Assembly: GCA_016931515.1 (NCBI GenBank)
Contig: JAFGEQ010000002.1
Location: 104,175-168,174 of the forward strand
Length of the DNA stretch: 64,000 nt
Direction: 5' to 3'
Origin: a candidate division CSSED10-310 bacterium
Lineage (GTDB): Bacteria > CSSED10-310
The first letter of the stretch is position 1; each line of letters opens with the position of its first letter. This document shows positions 19,248 to 28,415 of the stretch, piece after piece. Both the position numbers and the translations under genes were made by a program. The notes below the pieces were generated by a model. The model was not told the DNA's origin. It searched no databases and worked only from the letters and a program-made list of their open reading frames with translations.

Positions 19248-20888
19248 TTATTTAAAAGTAACAGTTATATCCATAATTATATCAGCCGGTCGACCGTGAT
19301 ATGTACCGTTTGTATATGTCCAGGACTGAACTGCTTCCATCGCAAGATTATCAAGATCCGGGTCAACGCTGTTGAGTATTGCGAAGCGGCCGAGTTTGCC
19401 GGTTTTAAGAATGATACATTGAACAACGACTTGAACAGGCGTTTCATAGTGTCCGATAAGATGCCGGGGAAGTTGGAGTGGTTTAGCATTATGAACAACG
19501 GGGGCAATGACCCCGGGGCGTTCCATCCAGAAAGGTTCTTTTCCTTCATCGATCTGATGCTTCCCGGCTGCCGGTTTCTTAGTTGACGGGGTTGCTTTCT
19601 TTTCAGCGATGGAACGTTCTGATTGGGTTGATTTTTGAAAGAAAGATACAACCAGGTCATAGCTTTTTGAGATGCAGGATTCTACTCCTTTTTTTGCAGT
19701 GAGCAGAAGCGAAGCGGGCATGAATAAATAGGCTGTGGCGACCCCGATGATCATCAACAGAGTCGTCACCCGGGTCCAAGGAAATTTCCTGGATTCCGGA
19801 GGTGCTTTGATTGTGCCATAGCGGGGTTCTGTTTTCCGTCCCTGACTACCGGGATAAATCGTCAGATCCGGTGTTGTCTTCATTGTTTCAGCCAAGCTGA
19901 TGACATCAGGGATCAGGGGACCGTCAGCTTGGATCGTCACATCATCGTCAGATTGAATTGCTGCAGTATTTTTTGAGGGTAAATGTTTGTCAGCCGCATT
20001 CGGCGATGTCAACTCGATCCCCAACGCATGTCCCAGGGCTTTGGAAAAATCAAGAATTGATGGATACCGTTCAACCGGACTGCTCTGCATCGCTCTATCC
20101 AGGACCTTGTCGACTTCACTCGGCCAGGCCGAACCGGGAACAAGATCTGAAAGGCGTGGAGGCGGTTCTTTGACGCGACGCATTAGAGCTGTAATTGGAG
20201 AACCTTCCGAGAAGGCAGGTTTACCGGTAATGCTTTCCAGAAAAATTAAGGCAAGGGAATACTGGTCACTCCTGTGATCGACCGGCACTTCCATAGCCTG
20301 TTCCGGCGAACAGTAACGAAGTTTTCCGATGAATGTATTTGTTGTCGTCTGCCCAATCTCCATGATTTTCCGACTCTCGGGATGAAAAGCATCCTGCCGG
20401 GCAATTCCAAAATCAATCACCTTCACATTGATGTTCAGCTCATCATACCCTGCAACCATAAGGTTATCGGGAGACAAATCACGGTGAACAATCCCTTTGC
20501 TGTGGGCGTAATACAACCCCTGAGCTGCCTGATCGACGATCTGCCACATTTCTTTTGCCGGAATGACGCCATGATAAAGAACAAGGTCATCAAGACTCTC
20601 ACCACTGGCAATCTCCATTACAATGAAAAGAAATCCCTTTTCTTCAAAAAATTCGAACACCCTGATCAGATGAGGATGCTCCAGGATAGCCAGAATTCGG
20701 GCTTCCTGCTCGAATCTCCTCACGAATTGAGGATCATTCGCGAGATCGGGTCTAAGTACTTTCACAGCGCGTTCAACATGAAGTTTCACATGTCGACCGC
20801 GAAAAACAGCACTCATACCACCCGAACCAATAATATCGGTAAGATGATATTCCCTTATCTGTTTTCCAAGCCATTCGCGTGGATTCAC
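19248..20888 (-). CDS. Hanks-type Ser/Thr protein kinase with a transmembrane helix and C-terminal TonB_C domain
   Basis: IGSGGMSAV, AVKVL, HRDLSPDN, DFGIA, SPEQ and DQYSL motifs; transmembrane TTLLMIIGVATAYLFM; C-terminal VVVQCIILKTG..ILNSVDPDLDNLAMEAVQSWTY. Confidence 0.9.
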   Translation of the reverse strand: MNPREWLGKQIREYHLTDIIGSGGMSAVFRGRHVKLHVERAVKVLRPDLANDPQFVRRFEQEARILAILEHPHLIRVFEFFEEKGFLFIVMEIASGESLDDLVLYHGVIPAKEMWQIVDQAAQGLYYAHSKGIVHRDLSPDNLMVAGYDELNINVKVIDFGIARQDAFHPESRKIMEIGQTTTNTFIGKLRYCSPEQAMEVPVDHRSDQYSLALIFLESITGKPAFSEGSPITALMRRVKEPPPRLSDLVPGSAWPSEVDKVLDRAMQSSPVERYPSILDFSKALGHALGIELTSPNAADKHLPSKNTAAIQSDDDVTIQADGPLIPDVISLAETMKTTPDLTIYPGSQGRKTEPRYGTIKAPPESRKFPWTRVTTLLMIIGVATAYLFMPASLLLTAKKGVESCISKSYDLVVSFFQKSTQSERSIAEKKATPSTKKPAAGKHQIDEGKEPFWMERPGVIAPVVHNAKPLQLPRHLIGHYETPVQVVVQCIILKTGKLGRFAILNSVDPDLDNLAMEAVQSWTYTNGTYHGRPADIIMDITVTFK

Positions 20889-20919
20889 TGATCGTCTACC
20901 TTAGTATTGAAACACGGTC

Positions 20920-22173
20920 TTATCGATATGCCCATGTAACCACATCATAAACACCGAACAGTTCCCGGGAATCATGATCCAGCAGGGCAGCCCAAAAACG
21001 GAGATCTTCGGCTGATCCATCAACATCAGGCCAGACGAAGGTCAGAACAACTTCATCTGGATAAATGCTTCCGGTATCCAGGACTCTTTGCCGCCAGGTG
21101 ATTGATTCAGTCCATTCCGGCCAGAACCAGAATGCCCCATACACATCTAAAAGTATGAATTCATCTACGTTGATTGATGAACCTGCGTTGACGAGGGTCC
21201 GCGATAAACGAAACGTGTCTCCTCGACTGAAAGAATCGCTGTTGAGATGCAGCGTCGTACCTGATTGTGCTGGATCGGGGGTTGGAGAAGGGGTTGGTGT
21301 TGGGAAAGCCGTGAGATCAAAGTCCATAAGATCCATGCGGAGTTCTCTGAGAAGGAGCCCCTGGTCAGGCATCTCCAGATCGGTCATGGAGAAAAAAGCG
21401 TAGTTCCGAGCAATATCCGCATATCGAGCCAATAAAGATCCGTCCCATTCCGCTCCCGATCCTTCGATCCTGATAACATTCCATGTTTTATAACTCTCCA
21501 TGGTCATCACGTCGAAATCGATATTGAAAAGCACAAAATCATCGAAGGTATCCTCCATCGTCTGCGGTCCGGATCCGATATCGTATGTTATATAGTAACG
21601 ACCATAGAAAAACAGGGTCATAGCCTCCGACCACTGATTCCCTACTTCAACAGGAAACCGTATACAATCGCGTGCCGGCTCGTATTCCTCCGTGAAGGCA
21701 ATTTCGATCGTGCCGACCTGGCGCCATGAGAAAAGGTAATCAGCCCACAGATCAGCGGTGATGAACCGTGAATTGTAAACGGTTCCAAGTGTTTCGGTGT
21801 CAACCCACATTTCGCCCGTCTGGGTTCCATTTCGCAGTTCAATCGGAATCTCCATATCGAAAAGATCGACATCTGCAATCCCTTCACCGCTAACCATACC
21901 GGCGTACACCAGACGATAGACATTATACTCCTTCATCTCACCACGCGTGAGCTGCCGGGTCTCCATGCTCCGGCACTGGTAATCCGGTGCATCATCTTCT
22001 ATAATCATATCAATCTGATCTGTACTTTCCGGATCTTTCATATTAACATCGAGATATGTCAGTATCGCCCAATTAAATCCCGGTTCCCATTCCGGCAAGT
22101 CGAGTTGGGCGATGCCATTTGGTGTCAATCCTAGTGTTAACATGCAGACGATCAAACCTGAATACTTTTTCAT
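20920..22173 (-). CDS. Secreted beta-rich hypothetical protein with PT linker and conserved WFWP/FxWP C-terminal domain
   Basis: Signal peptide MKKYSGLIVCMLTLG.. (ATG at 22173), PTPTPSPTP linker, and a C-terminal domain shared with 586..1710 and 59034..60299. Confidence 0.75.
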   Translation of the reverse strand: MKKYSGLIVCMLTLGLTPNGIAQLDLPEWEPGFNWAILTYLDVNMKDPESTDQIDMIIEDDAPDYQCRSMETRQLTRGEMKEYNVYRLVYAGMVSGEGIADVDLFDMEIPIELRNGTQTGEMWVDTETLGTVYNSRFITADLWADYLFSWRQVGTIEIAFTEEYEPARDCIRFPVEVGNQWSEAMTLFFYGRYYITYDIGSGPQTMEDTFDDFVLFNIDFDVMTMESYKTWNVIRIEGSGAEWDGSLLARYADIARNYAFFSMTDLEMPDQGLLLRELRMDLMDFDLTAFPTPTPSPTPDPAQSGTTLHLNSDSFSRGDTFRLSRTLVNAGSSINVDEFILLDVYGAFWFWPEWTESITWRQRVLDTGSIYPDEVVLTFVWPDVDGSAEDLRFWAALLDHDSRELFGVYDVVTWAYR

Positions 22174-22273
22174 GGGACGGCCTTCCTGCGATTCGGTAGT
22201 ACTACCAGAAGTACGGGTCAAGGGATGCGCTGGAGAATACTATATCCGAAACGGCTGCCATGGTCCATACGCG

Positions 22274-22289
22274 CGCATTATCCCTGCCA
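22274..22289 (-). promoter_or_regulatory. Possible sigma-54 -24/-12 promoter
   Basis: Minus strand TGGCAG-GGATA-ATGCG with correct GG/GC spacing, upstream of the 22173 gene. Confidence 0.45.
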
Positions 22290-22351
22290 CATGATTGATG
22301 CTCCCCTTGATATGACCTGAAGATAGAAAGTATAGTCCCAATAGAGGACGG

Positions 22352-23344
22352 ATGATAAGATTGAACATATTTCGGACGATTGATTTCAGTATTATTATTC
22401 CCTGTTTCAACGCAGCAGATTGCATCGAAGCATGTCTTTCCGCATTAAAATCCCAGACTATTCAACGAGACAGGTATGAAATCATTGTGATTGATGATGG
22501 ATCCACCGACGAAACAGCCTCCAAAGCCGGAGTTCTATGCGATCGAGTGATTCGCATTCCAAATAGCGGACCTGCTGCAGCCAGAAACAGGGGAGTTCGC
22601 GAAGCAACCGGCGAAATTGTTTTATTCACGGATTCGGACTGCATACCCCACACGGATTGGATTGAAAAAATGATTCAACCCTTCACCGATATGGCGATTT
22701 TCGGAGTCAAGGGAGCGTATCGAACAAGTCAGCGTAGTTTTGTTGCCCGATTCGTGCAAGCCGAATACGAATTCAAATACCGGCGGATGGAACAATTGGA
22801 GTCAATCGATTTTGTCGATACATATGCAGCCGCCTTCAGGCGATCGATATTTTTACAATTAGGCGGGTTTAACGAGAAGTTCCCAGGTGCATCTGTTGAG
22901 GATCAGGAGTTTTCATTCCGGATGGCTGAAGCCGGATTCAAGATGGTATTCATCCCCGATGCGCTGGTGGACCATCGTCATGCTGATACATTGGGCTGGT
23001 ATTTCAGGAAAAAGAAAAACATCGGCTTCTGGAAAGTCGTTGTTTTGCGCAGACATCCCCGAAAAATCGTTTCCGACAGTCATACCCCTCAAAGTCTGAA
23101 ACTCCAGTTGCCGTTGGCAGGGGTTACAATTATAACTGCCATATCAACACCCTTTGTTGGTGCATTCCCCCTGATTGCGAGCGTTTTTTTGTTTATGTTC
23201 GCAGGTTTCAGCGAGATATTGCATTGTTACCACAGATGCGGCATAGTTTCGGCTGCAGGAGCGCCCATTATCATGTGGATCCGCTCTGTTGGGCTGGGGT
23301 TTGGTCTTGTTACCGGTTTTCTGAATGCTTCAAAATTGCGATAA
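22352..23344 (+). CDS. Glycosyltransferase family 2 with C-terminal membrane helices
   Basis: SIIIPCFN, IDDGSTD, GPAAARN, FTDSDC and GGFNE..EDQE motifs. Confidence 0.9.
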   Translation: MIRLNIFRTIDFSIIIPCFNAADCIEACLSALKSQTIQRDRYEIIVIDDGSTDETASKAGVLCDRVIRIPNSGPAAARNRGVREATGEIVLFTDSDCIPHTDWIEKMIQPFTDMAIFGVKGAYRTSQRSFVARFVQAEYEFKYRRMEQLESIDFVDTYAAAFRRSIFLQLGGFNEKFPGASVEDQEFSFRMAEAGFKMVFIPDALVDHRHADTLGWYFRKKKNIGFWKVVVLRRHPRKIVSDSHTPQSLKLQLPLAGVTIITAISTPFVGAFPLIASVFLFMFAGFSEILHCYHRCGIVSAAGAPIIMWIRSVGLGFGLVTGFLNASKLR

Positions 23345-23446
23345 CCGGTATATTTCACTGGAAGCATGTGATAATCCCGGAAAAGAGGAAAATTCTTGGC
23401 AGCAAATTCAGCTTCCTCAGCAGAAAACATAGTAGTCAGAAATGGT

Positions 23447-24907
23447 ATGAATCGGAATCGAATCCGTTCACGCCAGCAGCGTCACGCACTTTTTTCCATC
23501 GTTCTTGCCGTCGGCGACCAGATTCTGCTCAGTTTTGCCTTTCTATTAAGTTACTATTTGCGTTTTTATCAAGAAATCGGTGTTTCTTCGGGGATAGTGA
23601 AACCGGTACCGGTAGCACCTCCGGAATTGTATCTAAAATTCGTTCTGATCGTCGACTTTTTATTTCTGACACTGTTTGTAATGCTGAATCTCTATCGACG
23701 CGACCGTGCTCGATGGATGCTGGATGAGCTCCAAAGCACATGGCGGGTCTTAAGCTTCGGATTTGTCATTATTGCATCCGTGACCTTCTTTTTACGCTTC
23801 CGTGATCTCCAGTTCAGCCGCCTTGTTCTCCTGTATTCATATATACTGTCAATGTTCTTGATCCCGATGTTCCGGTTGTTAATCCTGAAGATCGAACGAT
23901 GGGCGCATTCTCACGGTATTTTCGTAAGCAATGTCCTGATCGTTGGAATGGGAGAAATGGCCGGAATAATCACTCGTAAGATCATGACCAATCCCCAGTT
24001 AGGGTATCGGATCAGAGGATTTTGCGCAGATGTCAGTGAGAAGGTATCGCCAGCAGACGACCTGGTTTTTCTAGGTTCAATCGATCATTTTGAAGATATT
24101 CTGATCCGTTACGATATCGATGAAGTTCTCGTTAGTGAAGCATCCATTAGCCATTTCAAATTACTTGAAATTGTTTCTATCTCTGAACGGATGGGAATTT
24201 TCATTAAAATGGTACCCACTGTCTATGACCTCCTGATCGATTTCGCTGATGTCAACGATCTTGATGGACTCCCGCTGGTGGCGATACGAGAGCAGCCGAT
24301 GTATGAACTCCGCTTATGGGCAAAACGTCTGTTCGATCTTATCTTCTCACTCCTTATCCTATCTCTGACTGCTCCCCTCTGCCTGGTTATCGTTATCCTG
24401 ATCAAACGCGATTCCAAGGGGTCTGTGATCTTCTCGCAGATCCGGGCCGGTGTTGGAGGAGTCCCGTTTAAAATGTATAAATTCCGGACAATGCATATTG
24501 ATGCGGAACAGAGATTAAAGGACTTGATTGATATCAACGATCTGGAAGAGCCTGTCTTCAAACTGGACAACGACCCTCGAATCACAGGGATCGGGCATTT
24601 TCTCCGCCGGACGAGTCTTGATGAAATTCCCCAATTCTGGAATGTTGTAAAGGGCGATATGAGTGTTGTCGGACCTCGGCCCGAGGAAACCCAGTTGGCG
24701 GACAAGTACAATATCTGGCAGCAGCGCCGATTGAAAGCGAAGCCGGGCATCACGGGGATGCAGCAGGTCATGTGCCGCGGTACGACCTCACTTGCGGACC
24801 GGATCCGATATGATATTTATTATCTGAGGAAACATTCACTGCTGCTGGACATCTGGATAATTTTAAAAACAATCCCGGTGGTCCTGTCAGGTCATGGAGC
24901 TCGTTGA
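23447..24907 (+). CDS. Polyprenyl-phosphate sugar phosphotransferase (WcaJ/CpsE-type priming glycosyltransferase)
   Basis: N-terminal transmembrane helices, VLIVGMG CoA-binding-like domain, KRLFD, FKMYKFRTM, DPRIT.IG.FLRRTSLDEIPQFWNV.KGDMSVVGPRP and KPGITG motifs. Confidence 0.92.
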   Translation: MNRNRIRSRQQRHALFSIVLAVGDQILLSFAFLLSYYLRFYQEIGVSSGIVKPVPVAPPELYLKFVLIVDFLFLTLFVMLNLYRRDRARWMLDELQSTWRVLSFGFVIIASVTFFLRFRDLQFSRLVLLYSYILSMFLIPMFRLLILKIERWAHSHGIFVSNVLIVGMGEMAGIITRKIMTNPQLGYRIRGFCADVSEKVSPADDLVFLGSIDHFEDILIRYDIDEVLVSEASISHFKLLEIVSISERMGIFIKMVPTVYDLLIDFADVNDLDGLPLVAIREQPMYELRLWAKRLFDLIFSLLILSLTAPLCLVIVILIKRDSKGSVIFSQIRAGVGGVPFKMYKFRTMHIDAEQRLKDLIDINDLEEPVFKLDNDPRITGIGHFLRRTSLDEIPQFWNVVKGDMSVVGPRPEETQLADKYNIWQQRRLKAKPGITGMQQVMCRGTTSLADRIRYDIYYLRKHSLLLDIWIILKTIPVVLSGHGAR

Positions 24908-24935
24908 TCCGATCGTTCCTATTCAACATCACTGA

Positions 24936-25853
24936 TTACAGAATCATTCGTAACGAACGGATGCCGGCAGATATTCTTCCGAGTGACAAACCTGTATAAC
25001 GAATGGAATCAATGATCGGAAAATACCGATCAGGATTGCGTCTTTCACACAGAATTGCAGGGAATGCCAAAAGTGATTTAAGTAGACGGTAATAAAGACC
25101 CCACCAGATCCAGACACGTGTTTCAGGGTGAAACGCAAGATGAACAGCGACGCCGTCATGTCCGTAATCAATAGCCTGATAAAATATACCCGCAAGCGAT
25201 GAACGGTGATCGTGATACACAGCAGCACCCTGGATATACTGAATTCTTCCACCCTGTTCACTAATTCGCCAGCAAATATCCGCATCCTCCGCAACCCTGT
25301 AGCGAGTACGGAAACCGCCTGCGTTCAGGATTGCGTCCAGCCGGAATACGGCGTTGGCGGTTGCAAGAAATGGAGGTGAATAGGGATAATCGCCAGAAAA
25401 CTCTCGATTGGAGACAATCTGTCTGGACTCAAAAAATCGTGCCAATAATGTATCTCCGGGTGTTATAATGTCGCCGCCGGCAACCGCAATTTCAGGATCT
25501 TCGAATACAGGGACAATTTCCCGCAACCATTCCGGCGATACCCTACAATCGGCATCGGTAAACGCGATGAAAGGGGTCGTGCAGTGATTGCAGGCGGTAT
25601 TCCGTGCGAAACCTCGACCCGGTGTTTTTTCATCGATCACGGTTACTGAGAAGCGAGCCAGAATTTGTTCCGTTTCATCGGTTGAGCCATTATTCACTAC
25701 AAGAATTTTCAGCTTTCCGGCGGGATAATCAAGCCGGGTCACGCTTTGAAGGCACGATTCTATTGAAGATGCTCCATTTCGTACACAGACAGCAACGGTG
25801 ATTTCAGGAAACCTATAAGTTTCTATGTCGACATAAGACCGCTCATCTATCAT
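24936..25853 (-). CDS. Glycosyltransferase family 2
   Basis: VNNGSTD, ARN, FTDADC, TANA and GGF..AEDADICWR motifs. Confidence 0.88.
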   Translation of the reverse strand: MIDERSYVDIETYRFPEITVAVCVRNGASSIESCLQSVTRLDYPAGKLKILVVNNGSTDETEQILARFSVTVIDEKTPGRGFARNTACNHCTTPFIAFTDADCRVSPEWLREIVPVFEDPEIAVAGGDIITPGDTLLARFFESRQIVSNREFSGDYPYSPPFLATANAVFRLDAILNAGGFRTRYRVAEDADICWRISEQGGRIQYIQGAAVYHDHRSSLAGIFYQAIDYGHDGVAVHLAFHPETRVWIWWGLYYRLLKSLLAFPAILCERRNPDRYFPIIDSIRYTGLSLGRISAGIRSLRMIL

Positions 25854-25947
25854 GGGTCACTCCCAATGGATTTTCCATACAAGACACATCAAAACATTAC
25901 ACGAAGCGAGCAAAATTTTCGATGATATTAGCAGTGAGTTGCTTTTT

Positions 25948-27141
25948 TTATTGCAGGCGGGAGGCAGCCGTTTCGTTACCGAGCATCAACCATAGCTCAA
26001 TGGCTCTTTTTCGAGAACATTCGGCCTCATCATAGTTGTTTCGCCGGATAGCGATTTTGTAGAGTAGTTCATTGCATTGTGCCTGACCCATAAGATGGGA
26101 ACACTGCTGATTGAGTTTTAGAGCGTCCAACACTGCATGACGGGCATGCTTCAGATTTCCATCCTGAAATTCGGCTTCCGCCATGAGTCGCATCGCATCG
26201 GCAACTCCCAAGGAATCGTCCATTTGTCGAAGAGATTTCATGGCTTCTTGTGCGAGTCGTCTACCGATGACAACGTCCCTTTTTCTTAAAAATAACTCGC
26301 TTTTGGCTAGCAGGATATTTCCGATGGATTGCAACCGTCCCAATTCTCGAGCGATTACAAGGGCACGATCCAGATAATCCTCAGCATCGTCCAGACGATT
26401 CATCTCAACAAATGTCAATCCAAGATTATGAATCGTTTCAGCAAAACCATTTCGATCTTTTGCCTGATCTCTACAGAACAAGGCTCGCTGGAATTCCATA
26501 CAGCCGGCATCGGGCTGCCCTTTAATGCAATAGATGACTCCTAAATTATTGTAAATATGGCCTTCGAGGAGAGGCTCCCACATTACTTGTAAACATTCAA
26601 TGGCTTTGTGTAGATACGTTTCAGCCTCCTCTAGACGACCCGTCTCTATCGAAATGACTCCGAGGTTGTTCAAGGCATGCGCTTCAAGTTCCGGAGAAAA
26701 TCCATTCGAAGCCAATTGAGCTGCTTTTTGCTGAAATGTCACTGCCTGATCGAAGTTTCCTTTTCTACGATAGATATCACCAAGTTCTTCAAGTGACTGG
26801 ATATGTAATTCCCGGTCACCGGATGCATCTGCCAGATTCAAAACTCGTTCATAGGCACGACCTGCTGTTTCGGGAAAGCCTCTCCGATCAGACCAGCGAG
26901 CGATTCGGACGAATGCCCGGATTTCACGAGCAGATCCGGATTTCCATTTACAGACATCAAGGAGATACTTCAGGCAGTCAAGAGTTTTATCGATGTCCTT
27001 CTGCTGATGAAGTTGTTCATCTTCAATCAACAAAACTTCCAATTCAAGGAGCAACCTGTCGAAATCCTCTACTGACCGTGCCGATACGTCTGATTTACAG
27101 TGATCAGCAAATCGCAAATGTAGATGGTTCCATCGGTTCAT
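25948..27141 (-). CDS. Cytoplasmic tetratricopeptide-repeat protein
   Basis: Repeated NNLG/HNLG/ELG..Y...G..A motifs. The start overlaps the upstream stop (TAATG). Confidence 0.85.
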   Translation of the reverse strand: MNRWNHLHLRFADHCKSDVSARSVEDFDRLLLELEVLLIEDEQLHQQKDIDKTLDCLKYLLDVCKWKSGSAREIRAFVRIARWSDRRGFPETAGRAYERVLNLADASGDRELHIQSLEELGDIYRRKGNFDQAVTFQQKAAQLASNGFSPELEAHALNNLGVISIETGRLEEAETYLHKAIECLQVMWEPLLEGHIYNNLGVIYCIKGQPDAGCMEFQRALFCRDQAKDRNGFAETIHNLGLTFVEMNRLDDAEDYLDRALVIARELGRLQSIGNILLAKSELFLRKRDVVIGRRLAQEAMKSLRQMDDSLGVADAMRLMAEAEFQDGNLKHARHAVLDALKLNQQCSHLMGQAQCNELLYKIAIRRNNYDEAECSRKRAIELWLMLGNETAASRLQ

Positions 27142-28283
27142 TAGTTACTCGGTTGCAATACAATTCCCTGAAGCGGCCTGTTATTCGTTGAGAGTGAATA
27201 CCGGGAAAAATGATCGATCTGACCCCTGAAGCAGTGCTGTTCCCAACAATGAGTCATATGGCATGCGAGTCGCCAGGTGCCGGTAATCTCATCAAACCAC
27301 GATAATCGAATCTGTTCAGGATCAATTCCTTCCAGGTTGAAATATCGGATCTCGATCTCCACCGGAACGTTGAATTGCATAGATGGGTAAAACTGGTAAA
27401 TGTTCTCAAGCGTCCACCAGAACATGAAGTCACCGGTTACCTGTATATTGACAAGATCCTCCAGCGCACCAGGTGGGAAATTCAAATACCCCCATGGAAA
27501 ATACACGTAACCGCCGGCTGGTCCGACAATCTTGGAAAAACTCTGGTGATTGGGATCTCCGGTCATCGAATCAACATTCACACTCACCACAGGTTCACCG
27601 TTGGGATGCTGGAAGATATTGTTGATCCAACCATATACTTCCATGACAGTACCATCATCACTACCGGACCTCTCGGTGCACCAATCCATCGACCGAATAA
27701 AGGCATTACCAAAGAAATGATCATTGATCATCGTCCCATGCACCATGACAGGATCGCCGGGATGAAGATTCCACAGATGGATGGGTACCATTGGGGAACC
27801 AATCGGAGCGTCCCAGAATTCGGCGTTCGGTACTACTGCAACATCCATCAGTTCGCCTTGAAACTCATTGGTCCAGACATGGAAGGATCGCATTTGCAAA
27901 TCGATGGCACTGACCAAACCGAAGATACGTTCACCGCCATGCGGTGGTCCACCGACAAACCGGGGATACTGACTCACATCGGTGAATACGAATACGATCT
28001 CTGCCTCTATCAGATTCTCGAATGGTGAAATATGGCCTTCAACAAGAACCGCGTGATCGATTTCAAGATCATCGAAAAAGAACGGCTCCGGCAGATCCGG
28101 ATCAACCGGTACGAACGGAGTATTATGATCCAGTTGCACTGTCCAGTCTTCATATGACGAGCGATAATATTCTGCACTGACAAGATTTGGAGCGAATGAC
28201 AGTGGTTCGGACCTTTGCGCCTGAGCACCAACCATTGGAAGTAGCATGATGCAGACTATCAACGTTTTATGAAGCAGATCCAT
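27141..28283 (-). CDS. Secreted protein with DUF5666-like OB domains and a C-terminal ZU5-like domain (HFS motif)
   Basis: AAGGAGG RBS before the ATG at 28283; signal peptide; LHPGDPVMVHG-type motif; IVGPAGG..FPPGAL...FNVPVEIEI...WFDE..W...IDHFSRY. Confidence 0.65.
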   Translation of the reverse strand: MDLLHKTLIVCIMLLPMVGAQAQRSEPLSFAPNLVSAEYYRSSYEDWTVQLDHNTPFVPVDPDLPEPFFFDDLEIDHAVLVEGHISPFENLIEAEIVFVFTDVSQYPRFVGGPPHGGERIFGLVSAIDLQMRSFHVWTNEFQGELMDVAVVPNAEFWDAPIGSPMVPIHLWNLHPGDPVMVHGTMINDHFFGNAFIRSMDWCTERSGSDDGTVMEVYGWINNIFQHPNGEPVVSVNVDSMTGDPNHQSFSKIVGPAGGYVYFPWGYLNFPPGALEDLVNIQVTGDFMFWWTLENIYQFYPSMQFNVPVEIEIRYFNLEGIDPEQIRLSWFDEITGTWRLACHMTHCWEQHCFRGQIDHFSRYSLSTNNRPLQGIVLQPSN

Positions 28284-28322
28284 TTCAAATAGCCTCCTTT
28301 CGGGGAGCCTGACCAACTCCTT

Positions 28323-28339
28323 TGCAATTCCCATTCCAG
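28323..28339 (-). promoter_or_regulatory. Sigma-54 -24/-12 promoter
   Basis: Minus strand C-TGGAAT-GGGAA-TTGCA, about 40 bp upstream of the ATG at 28283, with an AT-rich tract further upstream. Confidence 0.6.
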
Positions 28340-28415
28340 AATAAATTACAAATATAATTACTTATTTCATAATATGTTAACAGGCTAGCAAATCTTGTAT
28401 TCCTGCTTGATCGCA

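Noticed and set aside
22352-25853. Complete exopolysaccharide/O-antigen locus
   Set aside because: Only the priming transferase and GT2s are present; there is no flippase, polymerase or export gene in the window.
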